From Fimbriosthenelais zetlandica (taxonomy: Eukaryota): a stretch of 64,000 nucleotides of DNA. Below are positions 1-11,800 of the stretch, in pieces (the stretch's first letter is position 1; each line of letters starts with the position of its first letter). The notes below the pieces were generated by a model. The model searched no databases. It had not been told where the DNA came from and worked only from the letters and a program-made list of their open reading frames with translations. The stretch spans positions 22,196,001 through 22,260,000 of the forward strand of contig OZ365109.1 of assembly GCA_977030845.1 (NCBI GenBank), given 5' to 3'. Both the position numbers and the translations under genes were made by a program.

Positions 1-91
1 TTTCATGATTAAATAACGTAGCCTAAAAGTACATGTCACAAGAGCTTATTATGCAATGGACCCTAGGTTTATTACATTTTGATGACCTTAC

Positions 92-2843
92 CTGCTGAGG
101 GTGGCGCTGTTGTCGGTGGCGGCTGACTGGGAGATACTCAATTGCTGGGCATCCACCTCCACGAGTTGCTCTAACTTCTGCTCCAACAGCTCACCACCAG
201 AGGGGAGCACTGAGGCGAGCAGTGCACTCACTCCACTAGCGTTCAGCGGTAGCTGGAATGCAAGATGGTTCAATGAAGGTTCAATTGATGGAACTGATTG
301 ATTTATAATAATGATTTATTTATTCAACTGAGGGTTGGTGCCTTCGACCCGACACCCATACCTACATGTCTGTAGGCCTACCCATTAATCTATTCCCCGG
401 GTATGCCCTACCCATCTGTCCGTCCATCCATCCATTCACCCACCCCTATCTGACTGTCTATCCACACAACTATCCATTCAGTACATTACTTAGTTATAAA
501 TACAATCATTAATACCTCTTTGAGTTGTTTTGGCGAGAGCAGCAGGGTGTTGGCCAGACTTTCCACCAGAGCCCTGTCCTGAAGGTCAAGGCAATGACCT
601 CCGTAGATCAATGACGTAATATCCGGTACACCACGATGACGCTGACATAATGCCAGTAACACCTGGGAAGAGGAAATATAAGTTCAGAGATTTCCAAAGG
701 AATTCTTGACATTTTTAAATTGTTCATCTGGATTCTTATAATTTGTTGTATAGTATAAAGCAGGGCGTCCAATATTACAATTGACACCTACTTAAGAAAG
801 ACTAAGTACTTATGCTAATTATGTGATGTACTATGTACTAATTCAAATACCTGAAGATGTTCAAGAGCCGCAGACAGATCAGTCTGAGTCCAATATGGAG
901 GGTCATTATAAGCAGCTTTACCATAGGAACGACGGCTAAGCAGGACGGAGTGGAACACAGCCAGAGGTATGATGGGGTCGGTGTGTGTGTAACGCTGTGA
1001 CCCCCAAAAAATACAGATGAGATGTTAATAAAGGTCCAAATGATAAAATCGTTCCCATTTCAATGGAATCTGTCTATGGTGTTTGATTTTCTTTGTTTGA
1101 CAGTTTGATTGACGTCTGATTTGGTCTGATTTGACAGTTTTACTCTGTAACAGCGAGGGAGGGGTTCATTGAGGAAGAGGAGTTAGAAAGAGCAACTATT
1201 GTAGCTTTGACCCTAAAAATGTCCTTAGCTATAGGTTAGCTGAATATAGAAAAGGTTCCATAGAGACTAAAAGGAAAACATCATATGGTTATTCCCAGCC
1301 AAAAGCCCACCCAAGTGAGAAAAGTGGCCATATATATCTGGTACCTTTCTGAAGACTAAAGCTGCTCGATCCCGCCTGGAGAAGAGCCGCTCGAGGTTGT
1401 GGTAGGTGTAGAGCAATGTGCTCTTGAAGTCTGTTGTCTGCTCACAGGAGACTTTCACTCCATGTTGAATCAAATATCCTGCAATACGACCGTGAAATGT
1501 TGAACTGTCAACTGTTACGGTTTGTCAGAAACATCCTGGTCTAAATTTTACTCATTATTTTTAACTTTCATCGCAAATCGCGTATTGCCATGGGCTTCAA
1601 ATAACGTTAGGCTTCCATTCTCCTCTAACCATGGAGAATGAAGTTCCGTTCTCCATGGGTAGCCCTAGTTCTCACTCAACAGTTGCTTGGGTATTACTAC
1701 ACCTTGACCCTTGTGGACTACGGAAGGCTGTATTAAAAACAACTAAACGAGTAACAGTGGCAAAGGCCAGTGCTCTGCCGACATTTGGTGAAGAATCTTA
1801 TGACTTATACCGTATTCTGATATTTTTAATTTTTGTAAATAGCTCTCGAATCTCACCTGGGATGAGATTCTCGCAGCCAGCCTGTGTGGTGACAAATAAC
1901 CTGAAGTCGTCGTGTACGTCCATTAACCTGCTGTGGGAACCTCTGGTGTTTAGAGACGAGAAGGTCACTACATGTTCCTTCGAGGTAGCCACCAGAGATT
2001 TCACATCCTGTTCCTCCACTGTACTCTTACTGTACACAATGGTCTGTTAAACAAGTAAATTGACATTATTCAGAATGGGTATTTACTATTACAGTCTGTC
2101 CATACTAAGTTGACCCAAAACCACCATCGCAACACAGTATGGTGGTTTCGGGTCAAATTAGTTTGGACAGACTGTAGGTCTTAATGCTATCCTTCTATTG
2201 CACAATCAGGCGATTGTACAACCATAAGCTAAAATACATTATACAATTTCCTGCATATTCTAAATCAATTATGTGGATAGAACAAAATATAAAGTGTAAA
2301 ATCTGACCTTGATCAGATGGAGGATGGCCTTGCTCCAGCCCTGTGCCAGGTGAGCGTTCTGGATGATGAGCCAGTTCCCGGACGTCATGGCTTCATGAAG
2401 GGCGTTCTCAATCTCTGACACCTGAGAGTCCACACCACACGTTACCAGGACAACCTTCCCCTCGTGGCGGACGTCCCTGGACAGCTGGACCATGTCCAAC
2501 ACTGGGTACACCGCCACATGGCCTGTTACAGAAGAAAAGCTTCGGTTTATTTTGCGTCATTTTTAGTGGATTTAATGCTTTTCTTTGCATAGTTCGGCTC
2601 TTAGCCGGTCTTCCATGTACAAAGAAGTATTTCTTGTAACAGTAAATACTGGGCTCTATAAAAATATTTCTTACCTTTTACACTTGGATCGCCTTCTTCC
2701 TCGTGTGCGTCCTGTGGAAGGACCAGAACAACAGGAGTAGACTTGTCCGTGTATTCAAAAGCATTGGCGATGTTGACTTGTTCAGGCATTGGTAGAATGC
2801 CTCCCATCTCATACAATACTAGAGCGTGGGATAGCTCATCAAC
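92..2843 (-). other. AAA6 module and start of the C-terminal domain
   Basis: STPVVLVL; GNWLIIQNAHLAQGW; VHDDFRLFVTT; LAVFHSVLLSRRSYG; IYGGHCLDLQDRALVESL. Confidence 0.85.
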
Positions 2844-5800
2844 CTACAAAGAAAATGTAGATCTTTTTATTTAAATGATCTGTCATTCATCTATTTAATT
2901 AAATCTATTAATATTCTAAGGTTACTATGAGGAACGCTTAGTAAAGAGGTCTTTGGAAAGGGGTTTATTTATAATTTCGGTCCTTTTATATAGGTCCTTT
3001 TAGATAATTGTTAACCTTGAAATTACGAGTAGGTAGGCTATTATGTGAAGTAGATACTTACTTTATGAGGTGTACAAATCCTCCATAATAGACATCGCTG
3101 GAAGACAGTCAGATCCTGAAACGCTATATCAGGTACTGCTTCCAAGAGGTCAATGCCGCACTGTGAAAATAAAACAGGAAATTGGTTTAAATATGTTAAG
3201 TCAAATTCAGTTGGAACAGCACTCAGGATAACCAAAATCTTGGCCTGGGGGAGCGCGCTATCAGCTCTGGTTCTACTTGAGGGATATCTGGATGTCTCAA
3301 GCTGATCTCATATGGCAAACGAAGGATCAATGTTAATAAATACATGTGGGCCTTATTGAATCTTGTATAACACTACATTAATTAACCTTTAGACAATAAT
3401 TGTTCAATAATATGAATAAATTTACCTTGAAGTATTCTTGCCATTGCTGATCATAGTTGTTGAATGATTGACGCAGGCCACTGAAGGCTGGTAATGTGGT
3501 CTCCACTACTGAACAATCTAACCATACCTGAGTGAAAAAAATCTTAATGTAGAGTTTTAGCTTTTGGAGAGCAAAGATACATAGTTTCCCATTCTGGAAA
3601 ACTGAAACTGCACCTCCAGAATGAATTAGATATAAAAATAAAATCTGATGGTGGCTGAAGACATTGGAAATGGTTAAAAATACCTTATTGTTGAGCCAAT
3701 CTGGTTTGTCATCAAACACGATGCTATCCTCTATGAGTGAGGTGTTGATACCATTGACGAAGACACCCAGTTCCTGGTCAGTGAGCTTCTCATTCACTTT
3801 GAGCTGCTCCAATGTGACCATCAGTGAGAAGAGGCCTACATGTGGAGCGAACATCATGGAGCTTACAAACTTATGGACGGCACTGGTTGTACCAGCGATC
3901 AACTCCTGGGCGCGGGCCTTGGGTGCTCCTGTTTGGGAAATTAAATTGGGTTAAAGAAGTTCAAGCTTTGTGGAAAAATCCCTGGGGTGTGGTCAAATAC
4001 AAGTGAAGTTTGCCTAGGGTTATATACTAATTTTCCACTTGCCTTGAGTGCCCTTTCCTCTGTGCCTGGATTTGACAGCAGTGGTAAAGATATGCATGTA
4101 CATGGAGAGTGAGAGGTGGTAGAAAGGATTGAGGACAGCGAGATGCTGGATGATCTCATACAGCTTAGCTCCATGGACAGCCACTGGGGTGTAGGGTACA
4201 CGCTTCTCCTCTAGGTGGTCCTGAAAGGAGGTGAAAATATGAGTATTGGGATTTGTATAGAAATTGCGGCTTATATGGATTTTATCTGAGTTGCCAGGGG
4301 ATGCGGTTTATACCAAGGTGCGGCTTATACTACGGCAAATAGGGTAACAAATTGACCTACATTATTATCTTCAATAAAGTATGTCTAAAATGCAATAGTC
4401 ACCTGAGAAATATAGACTGCCAGAGGTGGACTGCATTTCAATATTTCAGCTTATTTTAAAATATTAGAATCAACTTAATTTCATATTTTTTACCGAATAA
4501 ATTATCCAGATATGAATAATCAAGATGCCCAATAATGCCATCTTATCCCATTAAATTCGACTAAGAAACCTCTGAGTATTATTTATAAATGACTTCTGGA
4601 ACTCACCTGTAAGTATTTGGTCTCCTCGAGGATCATATGATTGCGGCTGATTGCATGCTGGCAGGATATGAGAGCCTCCAACAATCCTGGTTCTTCAAGC
4701 AGAGCTCCCTGCAGATTCAGCGTCCGTTCTAATATCTGAGACTGAAACAAAATCAGAAAGAAGGACGTTAAATTTCATGTAATAAAGGAAATGAAAACCA
4801 TGAAATAAAATGAAACTAGCGGTCATTGTCAATGTAGTGGTTAAAACCAAACGGTTCTGGCCGACGACCAAACATTTTGGGCCATTTACCCAATCTGCAT
4901 CCCTGTAAACTGTATATATGCGGTCCCCTTCCAGAGGAAATACTTTCAGCAACAATAATTAAAGGGGAGTTTTCTTCAAGCATTTTAAAAGTGCTAGAGC
5001 TAGGATATCCATAGATGCTGCCAAGGAAGCCAAAGCTCTAATAATAATATAATAATAATTAACTCCCGTAATAGTATTTTACTGAAATTTACCTGTTCCT
5101 TCCTGAAGTCCTGTTGGTGGTGGATGAGATCACGGACTATGGAACATCTCTGACTCTCAAACTCGGGACGTTCCACAGCCATGACATCTCTCAGTAGAGT
5201 GTCAATGATTCCCTCCTGACTGACACTCATATCTATCACTGCCAGGTTAGGGTGGAGAACCGGATGTATCCCTTCACCTGTAATGAGAATACTTCATAAG
5301 TCAGTGAATGAGATTTTAACAGAAATTTTGAGAAAAAATAAGTGTTAAGGAAATGCCAGAGAAATTGGTGATCTTCACTGTCTCAGAAAAAGCTAAACTT
5401 GAATTGAAGTATTTGCGAAGAATGACAGAATGATCATAATTAGTGTAATGACTACAATCTACCTTTTAGGAACAGAGGCACTGATATGCTGAGATAGAGC
5501 AAGAAGTCTGAGTGAACGGCAAATATTTGGTTTCCAATGGTGATCATGTGCTGTCCATCATCGGTGGCGTCATAGTCTTTGGCCAAGAGGCGGGCAAATA
5601 ATGGGGACAGAGGCTGCCTCTCTAGATGCGTTATTAACAGAGTTACACCTGAAAAAAAATATAATCAGGGCGGTTAAACTCTTTGATTTCAGCAAAAGGC
5701 TAAGAGACAAAGAGTTGCAGATTGAGATAGGAGAAAACAGGAATAGACAGAATAAAGCATAGACATGCAGCGATGGAGAGAATCAGAGAGAACAGGAAGG

Positions 5801-8800
5801 ATGAGACAAGAGGAGAAGTAGGAGAGGACATTGAACTGAGAGGAATGAAAGAGGCGGGGGAGAGAGAGAGAGAGAGAAGACAAAGAAAGCTAGAAAGAGA
5901 CGACATACAGAGAGAAAGAGGACAGAGTGAGAAACGCAGAGATTGACTTACCATAGACAACGGCATTAGCTATAGTGTTATGGAGTTCAGGATCATCAGC
6001 GTAGACTATGATAAGGTTGTCATCTGGCCTCTCAAATGTCTCAGACACTTTGATGATCTGAGGTACATTGGTCTGGTTAGCTAACAGCACAGACAGGGTC
6101 AGCTCACCACAAGACTGGTTCAGATCTGACAAACGCCGTCTGTTCAAAGTCAAAAATCAAAGTAAAATTACTACTAATGAATGTATTGATCAGGATATTA
6201 AGTTGTCACATATACATATGGGGGTAACTCTATCAGATTTAATGTCTTGCGATTTTTGTAACAGCAGATTTTTCTGCGGCAGACCATTATCTTGCAGGAA
6301 TATCAATTTAGGCATGAGCAAGTCTCGAGGTCCTTGCGAGTGTCTATCTACACTACTGTAAGAAGGCAGTGACCTATTCGCAAGGCATATGATAATCCGG
6401 TGGATAATGGCTATAAAAGACTGCGAATGCCTCTAGTTGCTAGCGTTTTTCTTGTCAAAATGCCAGCAATCAAGCGCGCTGATTAGATTTTCTGGAGAGT
6501 CCTAGAGGCTGGGCGTACGCTTGATTTCGGCATGCTCTCTATCTCGGCTAGCCGTTGCACAAAGTGACCAAGGTGGGTGTGTCTATAAATAGTCACATGT
6601 GCCATGACCTCGACCACAAAAACGCTTTGGTCTGTTCAAGCCATATATTATATATAAAAGATATTTTGGAGAACTGCGCAAAGGTCAGAATGGCAAAATG
6701 GATAATGTATTAGAAGTGTAGTGTATGCCATTATAAAATTCAGACATACCCTGGGTTATGATCTGATCTTGGGGTGACCATTTCAGTGGTGGGAGTTGTG
6801 GAGCCTTCAGTCAAGCCATCCCCATCAGACACCAAACTCATACTCTGGCCAAGAGGTAGCTCCTCAGGGTTGAGGAAGGCTGAATCTTCATCAACACTAA
6901 GTCTAGAACTCTGCGAATACACTGAAATGAGAGGAAATGACACTATGAAATCAGGACATCAGGAGCTAACCAAGGTTTTTCATAATTGACAAGAAGAGAG
7001 AAATGGAATTATTTTTAAAAACTGCATAAATTATACAGGTATACAAACCATTGCGCAGATTCTTTTCCTTGATGACATTGCAGCCCTCTTGTAGGACTCT
7101 GATCCAGAGTTCAGCCTGGTTATCCGGATCGACCAGGAGTGGCCAGCTGGCTGGCCGGTTCTGTACACTGAGGCGAGTAATCAGTGAATTGTGGATGCTG
7201 TAGATATCCGAGGGGAAACCCCGAAGTTTCCAATCACTCTGCTCATCAAAATCACTCAGAATCTGAAAATTAATCACTGGTTCATTAAAAAAAAAAGTCC
7301 AGATTCAAATATTTTTGATATCTGATATTGGCATATTGTATAAGATTCGGAGCAATTGTTAAAAAAAGATGTTGCACTTTTATTGAGAGGGCAGTCAATA
7401 TATTTCACCTCTTGCAAAGCATAGTTGTCACGGATGGCTATAAGGTTACTTGGTCTTTCCGCTATAGCTGCAGCTTTGGCTGTCACCATGACATTGTCAG
7501 TGAGTTTAACCTCTGTTGTATGACTGACACCAGTGTCACAGATGGATGGGCGGTGCCTGTACATGGCCATCTGTGGGGTGGCTGTAGAAGAACGGGAGTC
7601 TCCTTCTTGTACTTTACTGTCTTCTTTTTTTAGAAGTGGCTCTGGGGGATCAGGTGGTGTGCCATGCTATAAATATCAAAATAAAGACGATTAAAGGGTA
7701 AATAAAGAATACCTTCATTAGGACTATTGTACGGACTATGTGTCTGTTCAAGCATCAATTTGCCATTACAGTAGGTCAGATGACAATGCGACTTCAAAAT
7801 GGACGCAAGGATAAATATTACAATTGTAATCTAAGTACTAACTACTATGTATCTTTGACGGACGGCCCAACTAAATTACAGGTTCTTAATTCTGACTTCT
7901 CCATGTTTTTTTTCATCCTACAGTCAATATTGATTCATTTTTCAGTGGATACAAATACAGTTAAAGGAAATAAACTGTACCTGAATTGAATGGAGTGACT
8001 CAGATGACATATCTCGAATGATGGAATCCAGTTTGGCTCTGACTGACAATGGTTTGACTTCCTGACCGACTGTAGATTCTTCCTCAAATGATCCCATCTC
8101 ACACCTAAATAAAGATTTGTTTAGATCAAAGTCACTGATTCAATGTCACTGATTGCTGAAATAAAATGTTTACGTTTTATGCTCACTTGATCTGTAACAC
8201 ATGATCGTTTGTTTGACAGACGCCTAGTCAGCTGAAATGAGCAATTAACAGACAAATAAACAGGCCTCAATATGGTTACATAGAAATATGAAAGGAAAAC
8301 AATGTTAGGAAGCTTTCAGAATGTTTTATGAATACTTGGTCGTTTCTGTGGTGGGCGCCTAGTCAGTTGCCAATGAGCAACTCACAGGCAATTATAGACA
8401 GGCAAATTTAACTGGTGCACTTCAAAGATATTCAATATTTTTACATACTATAGAAATATGAAAGAAAAACAGTTACGAAGCTTTCCTAATTTCTTCAAGA
8501 ATTGTGCATCAAGAAAAAGACCTATCTTCTTTCGTCTATTTCTATATATCAATTAGTATCTGTCCCAAGTCAAAATAAATTTTATAAAACCATCAGCAAA
8601 TTCATAAGAGGTTTTCACCTGTAAAGCCAGTCAGTCATCAGTGCTGCCCTACTGTGGTTGTCGAGGGGACCATGGTAACAGACGCAGGCTGCAGCCAGTA
8701 GCGCATCACCAGGAGCCGTCCGTATCTTACTGCGGCAAGCCTTCAACTCCTGCCTCCAGAAGGCGTTCTGGGTGGACATGTTCTCCATCAGGTTGTTAGC

Positions 8801-11800
8801 CTTACTGATCCTCTTTTCTATGGTCTGTACGAGGTGAAAATAGCAATTATTACCACGACTTATTTCAGCTAATCGTTCTGCTTTCATACATTATATAATA
8901 TTGTATGGAGGCAACTATCAGATGGGCGCGGACCAGGCTTAAATTGGAAATTCAAGGATTCATAAATAAAGATGAATAAATTTATAATAATTGGTGCTTT
9001 TTAGGTTACCTGTCTTTGAAAAAATGACGAAAATGATTAAATACACTGTATTTTTTGTTAAGAAACAATACATTATATCTACAAGACTCTGGAGAGCTTA
9101 TCTTCTTATTTATTAATATGAATTTCCAAAAGCATGGAAGACATAGGATGTGAAGTGACTAATACCATACTTCAGTTTCAAGGGTTTGTGAAGGGCAAAT
9201 ATGTAACATTCTGTATTTTGACATTTGGTTACAAATTCAGTTATCAAATTACCCCTATATACAGTAAGTACTGTACATAGAAGGTTTAATAATCAGAGGT
9301 GAATTTTACTGAGTGACTATATCGTCCGAAACAATCTACTTTGGTGTGGTCTAGCTACTAGTCTTTATAAAGGACTATGAAACTATAAACAGACATTGAC
9401 ATGTATCTAAGTGCACTGGACCACAGATATAGTTGAGATGCTCAGCTAATAAAACCACTACGTAACCTGTATACAAACCTTATTATACCATTTATGCAAG
9501 CCCTGTCATGAATAAGACAATCTTGTATCTACCCATCTCATTCAATGTATGTATATGATCTCTAATCTTTCAGAATTTAATCAATTAAGAAGGCCAAGTA
9601 CATAACCGAGGGCACATCTTAGTTCTGAGCGACGTGAATCGTTAATAAAAATAACATTTAAATCCAATTCAACAACCCTAACGTATGGACGCATTTTCTT
9701 AAAGTTATGTAATGACAAAAAGGCTTAGGTATCGATAATTATCAGCAGGTAAGGAATGAAGCGAAGTAAAACTTACCTGAATTTGTTTACTGATGGCCTT
9801 TGCTTCTTTGACCGATTCTTTATGGGCCTGAATGCGCTGTTCTAATGCACTCTTGATACGGTTAGCCTGTACTCTCTTTCTTCCTAGCAATGCCTGGGCC
9901 TATTAGTGCGAAGTAAAAGGAAAGCATTTAATTAAAACATTACGGAATCTGCTAGCTAAATTCGTCCTAAGACACCGCAGTGCAAAATTACATACAACCC
10001 CAACATATGCGGACCCATTTATATTATTAACGACCCAAGGATATTTCTATTTTAGGATGACTCAAAACATGCTCGCCCGCTTGCAAGGATCCTGTGTAAA
10101 CGATTATTCATGATTTACTAGATTGGTTGACTGGATAAACGAGTGTTTTGAATGGAATATTCTCAATTTAAACCTGAGTTATCTGCTCTTCGGCTTCCTC
10201 CAGCGCTTTAATCTTGGGTTTCATGGTACGGGATATCTCAGCGTACTTATACAGAGCATGGATCCATCGACACAGTCCTGCTGCTGCCTTGTTTGACTGC
10301 AATCAATTTGAATTTAAAATAAATTAATAAAAATAATATAAGACAAAGAAAGTAAATTCAGAACAGCGGATTTGCTTGGTGTAGTAGCAGAACGTAAAGA
10401 TTGGGTACAGATACATAATTAACCTGGCTAGCAAAGTCTGTGGGTCAAGTTGTGCAAATTGACTATTGATGGACTATAAATATTTATATAAAGGAAGCAT
10501 GAAAACCAATATCATTTTAGAATTATCTGTTATTAGAAGACACTTTGTTTAAAATTTTAAATTTTCTTTCTATATAATGTTTAGCTTACCTGCATCACAT
10601 GCTCAGGATTAAACTCATGTTTGTGCACATAGTCAGTTAGTTTTCTAAACACCCTTTCTGGGATGTGGTCTTTGTCATAATAGACGAGATCTCTGAAGAA
10701 TGTGTCCCGCGTGATGAGTTCTCTGGCTTGTTCCCAACTACAAAAAAGTTGCCGATGGATAAATCATGGAATCAAAAAGACACGAGTTCCAGATTATGCT
10801 AAAACTCGCCACATTGGCTTTTATTTAATTAAACTAATCGAAAACTATCTCACCTGCGAGGGACATCGAAGAGGAGACAGATACATTCCAGTACTGTTTT
10901 AACAGCCTCAGGAGGAGCGTGGAAGGATTTGATTTCAACCAGGTCACCTTTCCCTAATGCATCCACAGCCTCTACCGCAGCGAAATATGTGGGCTTCACC
11001 TGACGAATACAAGCATTTCTAATATAGGGAATTTGTGTAATTTGTAGACATGAGGCAAGGATATCCATCAAATTTCCATTGGTATGTTCGATCTGTTTGA
11101 TACAAAATATTTGTACTTACACTTTCAAACTCAGACTGAGCGTCAACACGGAGCTGTTCAAGGGGAGCAGCCAGCGAATCTATGATCTCCTCCTGTTCTT
11201 TACATCGTTCTAAGGCCTGGAAATTAAGTATCAAAATTTAACTATTAATTTCCTAATGTTTCAGAGACAAAGTACATGTCTCATAACTGAGACCTTGGCA
11301 TAGTTAAACATTTCTTAATTACATGTGGAAACCTATCCAATCTGACTTATGTGTGCATTTCCCATGCAGAAAAATATTATAGGTGGAACAGAAGCATTTA
11401 TAAACGTTCAAGATTTCAACCATCAGTTAAGAATGTGCATGCATATGACCAGTGCAACATTCATAGACTTTATAGTAAGTAGCTGTGACAGATTGCAAAA
11501 AATTGTACAATGATGCTATCAGAATATAAATGTGAAGTATGTGCATGTATGAGCAAAACATACTAACTTCCTTGCTTGAAAGTATCAAGCATGATCAGCT
11601 TAAAGAATAAGGATAGTAAAGTTTCAATTTATTTTTGATTCTCATTAGGACCTATCAATAAAGGAAAGATTTATATTCAACCGAAAAGTATAGACACGTT
11701 TCTTTCGAAATATAGCTTTTATGTCTTTTGTAACCTCTTTGATAAAACTGGTACTTTTGAAAAGAGAAAATAACTGTAATCATACAAATACATACGGAGA

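Noticed and set aside
5689-5966. Ser/Leu-rich ORFs
   Set aside because: Translation of a (GA)n low-complexity tract.
6228-6355. Possible cassette exon with a good acceptor and open frame
   Set aside because: No credible phase-2 donor; skipping it keeps the frame.
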